Assembly (NCBI GenBank): GCA_951406725.2
Contig: OX597828.1
Span: 59,396,001 to 59,460,000, forward strand
DNA from: Octopus vulgaris
Taxonomy: Eukaryota
Length of the DNA stretch: 64,000 bases
Reading direction: 5' to 3'
Of this stretch, positions 13,667 to 26,165 are shown one piece after another. The notes below the pieces were generated by a model. It was not told the origin of the DNA and did not search any database. It was given only the letters and a program-made list of their open reading frames with translations. Each line of letters starts with the position of its first letter. The first letter of the stretch is position 1. The position numbers and the translations under genes are program-made.

Positions 13667-13668
<2 letters not shown>
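12510..13668 (-). mobile_element. Degenerate Dong/R4-clade LINE fragment
   Basis: GMDFGLDKCA, YYRRIRLVL, RNYQAKVLQNGSDPKCRFC..ETIDHLVSEC (CCHC knuckle); paralogous to 60674-62130. Confidence 0.85.

Positions 13669-13746
<78 letters not shown>
13669..13746. repeat. (TTA)n microsatellite at the 3' end of a Dong/R4 copy
   Basis: Direct reading. Confidence 0.95.
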
Positions 13747-13749
13747 CCA

Positions 13750-14995
13750 TATACACACAACAGATTAGAAAAAAATCCTAACATCAGGCTACAACAAGTA
13801 ACCTTAGATGTAGAGAACTCTCCTAAGTATCCTAGCTGTCCCTAATAACATTGTTTTCTGCAGCTGCACTAAACAGGGTTTTATGCCTATTTCATCTATC
13901 CATCTGTTCAAATCTTTAGGGGTAGTTCTCAATGCATCTATAAGTACTGGAATACATTTTACCTGCACTTCCCACAGTCTCTGTAATTCAATAGCTAGGT
14001 TCTGGTACTTTGCTATTTTTTCATCATTTGGGATTGTAAAGTCAATTACCTGGAACTTTCTATTCTCTTTATCTACTACTACTAAACCAGGCTTTCTAAC
14101 TTGTATTACTCTGTCTGTCTGAATGTTAAAGTTCCACAACAGCTTATATTTCTTACTTTCCACGTACTTTACTAGGTTCAAGTTCCCACCATTTATCAGT
14201 ATGTACGAATCCCAGCTTTCTACATAACTCCCAATGAATTACGTTTCCTAGGATGTCATGTCTTTTCTTGTATTCTTTCTCTGCCAGCATGCTACATTCA
14301 CTTTCTATATGAGTAACGCTTTCCTCTTGATTTTAATAGTCTCCATTGAGAATTTACTTGGTTTTTATCTATCTTGGTTTTTATCCAATTAATCCTTATT
14401 GCTTGGTCTTGTGCAGCTACTAACAAACTTTCTGTCTCCCTTTTCAGCCTTCCGTTCCGCTACCATAACCATACCTCACTTCTACTATTCCCTGCAACTG
14501 TCTTTGGGAATCTACCATGCAACGCCTTCTCCTGCCAGTCAGGTAATTTCTGTTCTTTTTTCTGATTTTTAACTTCGGCTTTGGGCTTTTAACTTCCCTA
14601 TGCTGTGACTCTAGCAGCTTTTAATAAACTTTCTTCACTATTACCTACATAGAAGTATATATCTACTCTATCTAACTCCATACAGTCTTGTACAGATATT
14701 AACCTGCATCTGCCTTCCTTTCTAGGTAAGTATAATCTTGCTACTCCTGCTCTTGGGTGGAGTCTGCCATTCATATTGAATTCCTTCTTAGTTCTCCTGC
14801 CTAGCTCTGTTAATTGAGTTTTTGTCCAACCTACAAAAGCTGCTGAGTATCTAAGCAATGATACTGCCGAAGTATTTATAGCCTTCCTTAAATTCGAACC
14901 ATATACCTTTGAATTGGTTAGTTTCCTCACCCTTCTGATGTACTCAATTTTCGTTTCCATTTCTATAGTTAGTACTTTGTCAGATTCTAATACTG
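13750..14995 (-). mobile_element. Dong/R4-clade LINE 3' half (second subfamily)
   Basis: AINTSAVSLLRYSA, HPRAGVARLYLPRKEG, LLWNFNIQTD..RKP.LVVVDK, KYQNLAIEL, IPVLIDAL and LLGTARILR. Confidence 0.88.
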
Positions 14996-15185
14996 TTCCG
15001 GTTTTTACCACAAGCAAAACTCTCTGACATATTGACTCGGTGTTTTCTTTCAAACCTTAAATACAAAAGAGCTGAAGCCACACATTTCTGCTCTCCCATA
15101 TCTGATGAGTGCTTAGGCATTCTGTCTTTCCGGGGAAGATTTATTTACGAAACCATCAGTAACTTTTAACTGTATAAATCTATAA

Positions 15186-15250
<65 letters not shown>

Positions 15251-15302
15251 CATACATACATACATACATGTGTATATATATATATATGTGTATATATATA
15301 TG

Positions 15303-15333
<31 letters not shown>

Positions 15334-16221
15334 GTATGTATGAATGTATATATGTGTGTATGCGTGTGTATACATATATGTATATTTATTGTGTGTGTAT
15401 ACTCTGACAGATAACTGTGCTTGTAAATAATATGAAAATTACATCTATAAATGGCAGACAGTGACCCCGCCCTTGCTACTAAACTTAATTTACCTACACT
15501 CACTTCACTATACATACACCTACATATATTGTTATCAATATTAACTAACTAACCGATATCTCAGATTTCTTACCGGAGATGGATTGGACCTACACAATAA
15601 TATGGAAGAATAGTTCCAATGCTAAGGATTATTGTTTGCATTCAGTGACGCGAGACGATGAAATGCAAACATCCAGTTGACAATGCAGTTCTATAATGCT
15701 TTTATCTGGCAAACAGAATGTCATTTTCCTTGGCATTTCGATATGATCAATTTCTATATATAATGTTATATTTCTTTACTTCACCATTGAAATTCTCTTG
15801 CAACTTCCCTGTAGGATATGCTGACTTCTATCATTGACCATTTATGTCGAAATGGTCAATACATCATTATTTGACGTGTTATAATTTTCCGGCAATCCTA
15901 TTTTTATCAATCCTGAATGAGAATATGTGATTGAAAACAAAATAGTTTGAAATCTCGCTTAACCTACAACAATATATAATAATTTGTTTCTGCGATATCA
16001 GCCTGCGGATCTTGCATTTGATTTTGCCTCTCTGAAGCAAGAGATATTTGTGTAATCCGGTAGTTATATTCAGCTTCCTGGATGTTTTTCGGATTACTCT
16101 TTGAATATTTACTTATTATTTAGCTCCCGATTTGTTTTTGTACAATGTTACTTATCTTTTACGTTATTTTAGCTACACGATTTGAGGTATTTGTGAAATA
16201 CTATTTACTCGCTTTTTACTG

Positions 16222-16433
16222 TTTTACTTGTTTCAGAAATTTGACTGTGGTCATGCTGGAGCACCACCTTTAGTCAAGCAAATCAACCCCAGGACCTATT
16301 CTTTGTAAGCCCAGTACTTATTCTATCGGTCTCTTTTGCCGAACCGCTAAGTTACGGGGACGTAAACACACCAGCATCGGTTGTCAAACGATGTTGGGGG
16401 GACAAACACAGACACACAAACATATACACACTC

Positions 16434-16504
<71 letters not shown>

Positions 16505-16669
16505 TACAACAGGCTTCTTTCAGTTTCCATCAACCAAATCCACTCACAAGGCTTTGGTCGGCCCGAGGCTATAGTAGAACACACTTGCCCAAGGTGCTAC
16601 TCAGTGTGAATGAACCCGGAACCATGTGGTTGGTAGGCAAGCTACATACCACACAGCCACTCCTACGCC
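16222..16669 (-). mobile_element. SINE family C, full length, with internal (TA)n
   Basis: Head ggcgtaggagtggctgtgtgg, B-box-like GGTTCA and tail ccagcatgaccacagtcaaa..gaaacaagtaaaa; colinear with 29151-29590. Confidence 0.87.
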
Positions 16670-16670
16670 T

Positions 16671-19600
16671 ATTTTTTTTATCTAGTTTCAGCTCACAAGC
16701 TGTGGCCATGCTGGGGCACCGCCATTTGGTGTTGCTACATGATTTTACTTCACGAATGCTTTTTAGCAACTGCCATTTGGTGCATGAGAGAGTTCGATGC
16801 AGCTGCCCTCATCTGCACCTCCTGCCGTGAAGTTGATTCATCTGGGACACCTGACAAGAAGAGATCCAGTTTTATTTTAAAGACATCTGCATCTACCCCA
16901 TGCAGGTCTCTCAGGTTCTTCGGGAGGATATTGAAGAGCTGTGGGCCTCGGAAGCCCAGGCTATCACAGTATCTTGTCCTACATCTTGATGGCAAATTTG
17001 GAGTCCTTGGCACTATGCAGTGGCGCCCAGTTCTGGCATTTGTGTAACTCTCGATGCCAAAGTTTGGGACAAGTCCTTCTAGGATCTTCCAGATGTATAT
17101 TATGGCATATCTTTCTCGCCTACGCTCTAAGGAATAGAGTCTCAATCTCTTGAGTCTTTCCCAATAGCTTATATGCTGCACAGAGGCTATCTTCTTCGTG
17201 TAGCTTCGTTGGATCGCTTCAAGTTCTGTGATTAACTTGACACTGGATGGTGACCATAGCTGAGAGCAATAGTCAAAATGGCTTAGGACAAGTGTCCTCC
17301 AGAGGACCATCATGGTTTCCTGGTCTCTTATTCTAAAGGTTCTAAGAATCCATCCGGTCAGCCGCCTACATTTCATTGCCAATTTTGCAACATGCACATG
17401 AAAGTTTGCGTCATCACTCATGTAAATACCCAAGTCTCGCACTGATTGTGCCTCTGGGATTGTAATCCCTCCAGGTCCAGTGTATTCATTGGGTATTGCA
17501 TTTAGTTTTGCATGCTGATAGCATAAAGCTTGAAACTTTTCAGCATTGAACTGCATGCTATTCTTTTCAGCCCACTTGTATATTTTGTCCAGCTCACATT
17601 GCAGGTGCTTAGTGTCTTCAGGTTTCTGTATTGCCTTTGAAACTTTTGTATCATCTGCATAACTTGTGATCGTGGCTCTCTGCGTGGCTGAGGGCATTGT
17701 CTGAGAGGGCCATTATGAACAGTAGTGGTCCCAAAACACTGCCTTGCGGAACACCGCTCACTATTTGCGTGTTAATAGAAGTGGCTAGTACCACCTGACT
17801 TCTATCCTTCAGAAAGTCATGAAGCCATTCTCCCAATTTTCCAACTATGCCAAGATCACGCAGTTTGTGACATATCATTCCATGATCGACTTTATCACTT
17901 CCACATTTGAGTGGTTGAGCAGCCGTTTCAGCACCCAGTCATAGTGTTGTAGGAGCTGAGTTAAGCAGCTTCTTCCTGGTCGGAAACTATGTTGGGTGTC
18001 AGGCAGCAAGACATTTTCTTCAAGGAAGGTGATTAGTTTCCTTCTGACTATTCGTTTCATGACCTTGCTGATGTGTGAGGTCAGAGAGATAGGTCTGTAG
18101 TTCTTGGTCTCCGCTCTGCTACCTCCTTTATGAATAGGGCATATTTTACCTTCCTTCAGTTTTCTTGGAAGTTTGCCAGTTGCAAGGAAGCTCTGAAAGA
18201 GGAACTGCAGTGGTCTTGCTAGGACTCTCTTACATACTTTTAGAAGGATTGCTGAGAATCCATCGGAGACAGTAGCTGAGTTTGTTTTCATTTCATCAAT
18301 AGCCTTTATTACATCGTCTTCCTTTATATTGATGTAATCAATAATCGCTGCCTCTGATTTTATATCTGCAGTGGTAAAGAAGTCAGTTGGATTGCTGACT
18401 TGAAAATGCCCTAGGGGTGGAGTGAAAATACTCTTGAATTGCTCATTTAGTATTTCACATACCCTCATTGGGTTTCCTGTGGGTGTGCTATCCTTTTCAA
18501 GGAGTGGCCCTATCCTACAGTTCACCGTAGCTGTTTCTTTGGCATACCTGTAGATAGCTCTGGGGTTAGATTTTATGTTGTCTATAGCCCAGGCTTCTTT
18601 GTCTGCTCTTTCTTTTTCATGGGAGAGTTGCAGACATTTTTCAATTTCCAATAGTTTTATTTTCAGGCGGGACTTTTCACTGCTTTCAATTTGTTTGTTT
18701 AAGCGATTTCAAACTTTTGTACGCCGTCTCATTAGAATTTTCCTCTCTCTGGAGATTTTGCTCTTGTGTACAGTGGCCTTTCTCTCTGGGACACATTTGT
18801 AGCATATGGCTTGCATTACAGACATGAATTGTTGAAGTTTCATGTCGATGTCTGGCGAGAAGAGACATTCAGGTCAGTTTTTTTTTAGGATCTCTTTCTC
18901 AATTTGTTTCCAGTTTGCCTTATGGAAGTTCAAGCAGGAAAGCTTCTGAGAGTTTCTTGTAGGCTGCATATCCATGCTTTCTTTTGGCCCGTACATGGTC
19001 AGCTCTACCATGTTGTGATCCGAGAGTAGTGTCGGTGTCACTTTCACATTATGGATGAGATCCATATTATTTGTGAAGCAGAGATCCAGTATGTTACCTG
19101 CCCTGGTTGGTTGGAGTATTACTTGCTCCATGTACAGAGTGTTGATGAGGTTCAGGAGAGACCTCGCCTGTCCTCGTTCACATCGTGTCATTCCTGGAAG
19201 AAAGGCCCTCGGGCCATCTGACATTGGGTAGATTGAAGTCTCCCATAAGAAGTACACTTATGTGTTGTTCTAATGTGACTAGAACTTCTTCTATTTTTAT
19301 AAGGCAGTCTTCAAACTTGCCTACATGACTTGGGGCATCTGGAGGGCGATATGTAGTACATATAACTACACCAAATTGCTTTATATGTACAATTAGTGTG
19401 TCACACACCGAATTTGAGTATAACAAAAGGACCTGGGGTGTGAGGTCCTCACGGATGTACATAGCAACTCCTCTATGACTCCTTTATTTTCTGTCGGTAC
19501 ATCATACTGTGGTATGTGTATTTCCGCATCTGCTATGTCCGGTTTCAGGTGTGTTTCCGTAAGTGCTATGCATAAGGCTTGATTGCATGAAACAAAGTCT

Positions 19601-20595
19601 CTCAAGAACGGGATTTTTGTCCTGTTACTGAGTGTTAGCAGTCCTCTGATGTTCCGTAGGAGCATCTAGGTGATGTGTATGCTGTTGCCGGTGGTGTCCA
19701 CCTTGAGTCTATTTGCTGTGGCGGTTTTGTGTATTGTGGATAGTCCCATCTGCGAGATTGAGTTTGATGGAGCCAGGTTAGCTGCTGTACAATCTTTTGT
19801 GCCATGCACAAAAACGATTCTTGTTCAGCAGCCGCCTTTCAATAACATGTTGGCGGTTTGTAGCACGCACCACATCTGCGTACCTCCGTTTTGGGGCAGG
19901 TGGGGCGTGGTCCATTCTTTTTCCTTTTGGTAGTTGGTTTCTGCCCTGTTTCATGTTTATGTGGCGGGGTCTTTGGTGTACCAAAGGGTAGTCTGCACCT
20001 TCCTCTCCATGCCAGCAGACACCTTTCAGGTAGAATTTACACATTCGTGTGCGCTGTCTGTTTCTATCCTTTTTGGTACATGGATAGTCAGGTTTGCTTC
20101 TATCCTTGGCTGTTTCATCTTTTGGTTTTGTTTGAGTTTTAGTTTTTCCTTCTTTGGCTGTTTCATCTTTTGTGTTTCTTTTAGTTTTTCCTCCTTTTAC
20201 TTCCTTTTTGGCTCTTTCATCTCCATGGTTTTGGCTTTTGGTGCTGGTAGGAGCACTTGCACTTTGGTTTACTTCCCGGACAGGTTTCTCACTTGAATTA
20301 TCTTCTTTGATGTTGTCCTGGGTGTCTACCAAGTGGGGGTGACATCTTTCATCAGCACCCGTGCCTCCATCCTTGCCATCTTTACTTTGTTCGTTGTCAA
20401 AGATGGCATCAAGCGTGCCGATGTGAGATCTTATGAGTGCATAGGAGCGTATAAACTCCTGCTTCTTTCGCTCTATCTGCGCTATTGTCCTTGTATATCC
20501 ACTGCTCTTCAGCGCAGCTGTAATTATGTTGTTCGGCGCATTGCAAGGCTCTTAGGAACAACGCCAATTCGTTACTCCTCCAGGTTCTGGACATT
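16671..20595 (-). mobile_element. Near-full-length CR1/L2-group LINE: CCCH zinc-finger ORF1 plus APE-RT ORF2, frameshifted
   Basis: ORF1 CKFYLKGVCWHG...H; APE motifs NIRGL, LTETHL, YRPP, GDFN, LDLCFTN and SDHN; RT motifs YRPISLTSH, GVPQGSVLGPLLF and YADD; 3' stem-loop and A-tail. The 5' boundary is approximate. Confidence 0.92.
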
Positions 20596-20649
20596 TTTGG
20601 ATATTTTATTTATTTATCTATCTAATTATATTTAAAATTTAATAGTGCG

Positions 20650-21110
20650 ATAGAGGGTAGAGAAGAAATAGAGAAAGAAAGTATCTATGTATTTAGAGAG
20701 ATTGAGAGCTGAGAGAAGATAAGAAGAGAGTAGGAGAGAGTGAGAGGAGAAAGTTCGCGTCTATATATTTAGAAAAATTGAGAGGCTGAGAGAGAAAAGA
20801 TGGTGTGACAGAGAGAAGTGGAGAAGTGACGGAAAGAGGCGTGAGGGAGAGAAGTGAAGAGACAGAGAGAGAAAAAATGAAAGAGAGGAGGTTATGCAAA
20901 AGATTGAGCGACTGAGAGAAGATAAGAAGAGAGTGAGAGAGAGTCTATATATTTAAGAAGATTGAGAGGCTAAGAGAAGAAAGATGGTGTGATAGAGAAA
21001 GAGATGAAAGAGAGGAAGTGATGCAAAAGATTGAGCGGCTGAAAGAAGAAAGATGGTGTGATAGAGAGAAGTGAAGAAACAGAGGGAGAAAGAAAAGAAT
21101 GAGAGGATGT
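20650..21110. repeat. Purine-rich (GA) low-complexity region with internal duplications
   Basis: Recurrent gattgagaggctgagagaagaaagatggtgtgatagaga units. Confidence 0.7.
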
Positions 21111-21263
21111 CACGAAGCTGAAACAGAAGTTGAAAGATTATTAACAGAATGTAAATTATAAATATATACCTATCAGTAGCTACAAACGTATTCTAAACTA
21201 AACTAATTGCGACTATACTCCTAATGTTAGCGTCTATTTATTTAGGGAGATTGAGGGGCTGAG

Positions 21264-21307
<44 letters not shown>

Positions 21308-21419
21308 GCAACAAATAAATATATGCCTATCTAAAATTGAATAATTTTAAAGAGATGTAACGGAGCTGAAACAGAAAGTGAATGTAAACAGAATGTAAAC
21401 AGAGAATAGGTCCTTAAAT

Positions 21420-21649
21420 TGAATTACGGGAAAATAAACAAATGACAAGCGGTACTTATCTTATAAGAGGTAGAAGTCCCAAAGTCTATACGAAGAGGTT
21501 TTCTTTCAAAAAGAAAAAGATAAACGGTTCTTTTTGCTTGTTGAAGTCGATTGGGAATAAACTTAAGAGATGTCACCACGTGCTTTTTTCGACGGAAAAT
21601 CTGGCGTGCGTAATTAACTTTAGTGTATTATATTTGGCTTGAGGCGAAA
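21420..21649 (+). repeat. ~230-bp repeat, inverted partner at 33263-33498
   Basis: tgaattacgg..cttataagaggtagaagt..ctggcgtgcgtaattaactttagtgtatta is the reverse complement of 33263-33498. Confidence 0.85.
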
Positions 21650-22269
21650 TATATTATGGTTTTTAACTAATATATCCTAGTAGACCGCTATGAGATAGCA
21701 AGTTTTCCGTTTGTTATCAATTCTTGCCGATTATTTCGTCGATTTATGCAAACCTTTTTGTTTTTTTTTATCACAGAGCAAAGCAACACGTCTTTACCAT
21801 ACGAAAACCGGAAGTATATATGGTTATTTCTTTTCCAATTAAACTTACCAAATTTATAGATATGTTCCGTTTTATAATTTTGCGGATAGCGGATTAAACT
21901 AGTTGACATTACGTGTTCTTTATTGGTTTGCTGTTCGCAAATTGGGAAGAAACAATTTTCTCTTTAAAATGGCACACTGATACAGCATTGTCTCATATGA
22001 TGATTTATTAGTTATATTACTTATTATGGTTTGCTAATTAAATCCTAATACATTGGAAGGTGGTCTTCAGTGACGAGTTTCTATATGAATATTGATGTGC
22101 ATGGATCCACAGACCGAATTTTATCACAGAGAAATAAAAATAAAATTAAAAAAATGTTTTGTTGTGCTTGCAAAGAAATAATACTACGTGTATTTATGAT
22201 ATTGAATATACGGGTGCATATTGCATATATGTATATGTATGCTTATTGTATGTTTCTATATGTGTGTGA

Positions 22270-22670
22270 GGAGGATAGTCGATTATATCGACCCCAGTGC
22301 TCCACTAGTACTTATTTCATCGATCACCAAAGGATGAAAGGCAAAGTCAGCCTCGGTGGAATGTTAAATTCAAACTTAAAGACGGATGAAATATCCCTAA
22401 GTATTTTGTTCGGCGCGGTAACGATCCTGCTACCTCGCCGCGCAAAAATAAATAAAAAATTCTATCTAATATAGGCACAAGGTCCGAAATTTTGGGGAAA
22501 GAGTAGACATCGATTACATCATACCCAGTGCACAACTGTTACTTAATTTATCTACACTTCGCTCCAAAAGAATGGAAAGTAAAGTCAACTTCGGTAGGAT
22601 TTGAACTCAGAACGTATGGAATCAGAAGAAAGAAATGCTACTAAGCATTTTGTCGCATGCCGCTAACAAC
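22270..22670 (-). mobile_element. Two adjacent degenerate SINE family B copies
   Basis: Both carry ggatgaaaggcaaagtc..cctcgg..gaatttgaactcagaacgt-like cores (22270-22440 and 22465-22670). Confidence 0.75.
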
Positions 22671-22737
22671 TCTTACAGAGTACTGTCTTAACAAACAAAC
22701 AATACACAGACACACATATACATGGATATACATATAC

Positions 22738-22798
<61 letters not shown>

Positions 22799-24220
22799 CT
22801 GATTGGGAATAAGCCACGAATGCCTTTCTGATGAATTTCAAGACAACAGTAATGGAACTAATCCAATGAATCGAATCACAGACTAACGCTTTTGTGCCAT
22901 CTCAAGTGAAGTCTTATGAGATCGAGTCGGAATAAAAGAAACAATTTGTATTTAGATTGAAATACTTCAGAATACAGTGATTCTGTCGTTTCATGGATTA
23001 CTTATGTATTTTCAATTTGTGGATGACAAATAGCTATTGGTGTTGCAATATACGATATGTATATTAAGGACTACATTATACACACAAAGAATAAGTTGAT
23101 CATATTCCAGATTAATTTTCACTGTTAAGCGCAAATCTGTTATATGATAATATATTTGTCAAGAAACCTTTGTAGGTTATATAATGAATGAAATTTGGAG
23201 TTTGACCTAAAAGTGTGAAAGTTGATAAGGCAAATAATTAGCATGCAACGATGAAAAGATTTTTTATTAGATATACACGAACACTAATCAATTTCCTCAA
23301 AGGCTTAAGCTAATGACTACTGAAAGAAAATAATATAATTACTATAAGTCTTCACAACGTCTCCGTCTCAAATTTAATGACACAGTTTTGAAGAAAGGCA
23401 TGGAAATTAAAAAGTATGGAACAGGAAGCGTTAGTACAATGATTTGTAGAGAAGATAAGGTCAATGTAATATTATTGAAATAAATAAATAAATAAATGAA
23501 AGCTTTAGAATGAAGCAATTATTTTGAGAAATTTCACAAAAGTTCAGTGTGTGATTTCTGTATTTAAATGAAACTAGTCATAAGTAAACATGTATACATG
23601 CATTAAAGTATAGGCATAAGTTTTTGTTTACATATAGATCAATTCATATGTATTTGTGGGTCCAAGAAGAGAAAAGAAGAATGAAATAGATTAAATAGCA
23701 AACATGCGATGAGGACAAAGAAAAATAATAATAATAGAAATATGTAAAGTGAGAGCATAAAATGATTGATCCAGTTGGTTTCTTCATTAACTAGAATGTT
23801 TTTTCCATGATATTTGGTCGGATTTTAATGAATGAGACGCAAGAGCAGCCAAATTGTGTGTAACAAGTTTTCACGAAACAGTTATTCAAATTTCATAAAC
23901 ATGTCTCTATTTTACTTTGGAAATTAACGGTTTGAAAATTATGCATCATATGTGTGCGTGAGTCAAATGTCGCTATGAAAATCTGTCTTCCAAATACATC
24001 TCCTTGCTTCATTGTTTTGGAATTTAATTATATTTTGTTCAGATTTTAGATATATGATTTATTTGTTCAGGCTATTAATACATACACAGATATACATATT
24101 TCTACATATTAACAGTCAAAGCCAAACATGTCAAGTTTGGTTTATAAACATTTTCTTTAAGAATAAGAAGGGAAATATACATTGGAACATTATCTAAAGT
24201 ATAATCTGTTGCAGAAAAAT

Positions 24221-25342
24221 TCACACGTAAGTTGTGCATGTCTCATTTCCGGTTCTTCCATTTCCTGCTACGGAAGTATATCCTACATGTTTAGATTTTA
24301 CTGCCGGACAAAGCTTTCTAGGGACATAAGAGATGAAAGCTCTCCTGAACTGAGGCCCCGTTAAACAGTAAACAAAAAAATAGCATGCATAATGTGAGAA
24401 GCATAGTTCCTCAGTAAATCTTCGAATTGCTAAGAAGGTGAAATATCTGTTCCAAACCGGGTCGGATCGGATTTCTTGATCTGTCATGTTAAAATTTCCT
24501 AAATGGATGTTACTTTCAACAACAAACACAAGAGTTACTGGAAGAGTAGTGAAGATCAAGTAAAAAGAAATGGACAACAAAGTTATAGTCGAAGCAGCGT
24601 TGCTGTTTGATGTCGTTGTCTGGTAAGGGATTTGAATCGGATTAGACTTTGTAATCTTCCTAATTTCGCGAATTACTTGTATATTAAAAAGGAGCACAAA
24701 AATCGGCACAATACCAAATATAGTTAACTCACTTAACCAATTCCAAATAATTGTGAAACTGTAGTTTTCGATCTGACCTTCTCGGTATGTGCAAATTTGA
24801 AACTTTTCATCGTAGTACCAAATGTAGATCTGAATTGAAGCAAGCGACGTACACGTCACGATGAGTCCACAGACAACATATATAGCTCTGTTAACAGTAC
24901 AATATTTTTCTTTTTGGAATGGCTTACACACCGCAATCCATCGTTCCACTGTAAAAGCAAGAACAATAAGTGGTGCCATATACTGTGGGATCATGTAGAT
25001 GAAGTTGTACAATTCACATATTCCAGTGTAAGCAACGGTTGAAATACCCCAAGCTATTTGTAGTTCATTTATAAAATGTAGCCACAGGAACATAAAGTCG
25101 GTTATTGACAAAGCAGCCAAATAGATTGCCGAAGAGTTATTGCGTCTGATACGTGGCTGCATCCATAGAAAGGCTGAAATTGGGTTTGTAAAAAGTCCAA
25201 TGATATACCAAACTATTGTAACGTAGCGGTCAACATAGAGCGCTACGGGACAGAATTCTTTAAAAATGCCAACAGGCCATGAATAGCGATGGTAAACACT
25301 GTTGTTTAAGTAGGAATACTCTGTCGTCTGGTTGTCTTCCAT
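24221..25342 (-). CDS. Class A (rhodopsin-family) 7TM GPCR, peptide-receptor-like (FMRFamide/sex-peptide/GPR139-142-like group); single coding exon, ~373 aa
   Basis: Uninterrupted ORF starting MEDNQTT at ATG 25342. A pyrimidine-rich acceptor (cattttctacttccAG) ends at 25357. Seven hydrophobic segments, with TM1 GLFTN, TM2 YLAALSITD, TM3 C..FTVERWIAVCKPF, an ECL2 Cys, TM6 LP and TM7 FFVY. N-glycosylation sequons NQT and NNS in the N-terminus. The longer 431-aa ORF call is read-through of a (TG)n microsatellite. Confidence 0.93.
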   Translation of the reverse strand: MEDNQTTEYSYLNNSVYHRYSWPVGIFKEFCPVALYVDRYVTIVWYIIGLFTNPISAFLWMQPRIRRNNSSAIYLAALSITDFMFLWLHFINELQIAWGISTVAYTGICELYNFIYMIPQYMAPLIVLAFTVERWIAVCKPFQKEKYCTVNRAIYVVCGLIVTCTSLASIQIYIWYYDEKFQICTYREGQIENYSFTIIWNWLSELTIFGIVPIFVLLFNIQVIREIRKITKSNPIQIPYQTTTSNSNAASTITLLSISFYLIFTTLPVTLVFVVESNIHLGNFNMTDQEIRSDPVWNRYFTFLAIRRFTEELCFSHYACYFFVYCLTGPQFRRAFISYVPRKLCPAVKSKHVGYTSVAGNGRTGNETCTTYV

Positions 25343-25356
25343 ATTGCAGCTAACGT

Positions 25357-25380
25357 CTGGAAGTAGAAAATGAAGTATGT
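25357..25380 (-). promoter_or_regulatory. 3' splice acceptor 14 nt upstream of the GPCR ATG (implies an upstream 5'UTR exon)
   Basis: The minus strand reads acttcattttctacttccAG|acgttagctgcaatATG. Confidence 0.65.
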
Positions 25381-25409
25381 TAAAAACATTCGTTATGTAT
25401 TCGGGATAT

Positions 25410-25479
<70 letters not shown>

Positions 25480-25541
25480 ACACACACACACATACACACA
25501 CACACACAAACATCACCCCCTAATATATATATATATATGCT

Positions 25542-25581
<40 letters not shown>

Positions 25582-25593
25582 TATACATATGTA

Positions 25594-25665
<72 letters not shown>

Positions 25666-25937
25666 ACACACACACACACACACACACACAAATATACCTA
25701 CCTACGTGCATTTACAAAAAATGTATTTGCAATAGGTCAAATTTAATAGAAGACTAACGATTACACTTGTAAGAAGAAAAGACGTTTCGTTTACAATCAA
25801 CCACAGTAGTCCACACAAAAAAGAGATCGCATATTCTTGTATAAAGCAATTGTCTACGGAATGTTTCAGTACGTTTATTAACAACGAATTACTGTTTCCA
25901 AATGTATAACGATTACTAGATAACATCTATATTATGC

Positions 25938-26165
25938 AGCGAGCTGGCAGAATCGTTAGCACGCCGGACGAAATGCTTAGCGGTATTTCGTTTGCCGTTA
26001 CGTTCTGAGTTCAAATTCCGCCGAGGTCGACTTTGCTTTTCATCCTTTCGGGGTCGATAGATTAAGGACCAGTTACGCACTGGGGTCGATATAATTGACT
26101 TAATCCCCTTCTCTGTCTTTGTTTGTCCCCTCTGTGTTTAGCCCCTTGTGGACAATAAAAAATTA
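25938..26165 (+). mobile_element. tRNA-derived SINE family B
   Basis: gcgagctggcagaatcgttagc head, B box GAGTTCAAATT and tail gccccttgtgg; multiple copies in the window. Confidence 0.87.

Noticed and set aside
15600-16100. Possible Bel/Pao or other retroelement remnant
   Set aside because: Only vague motif resemblance; too decayed to call.
25343-25516. 58-aa N-terminal extension of the GPCR ORF
   Set aside because: It is translated (TG)n microsatellite upstream of a clear splice acceptor.
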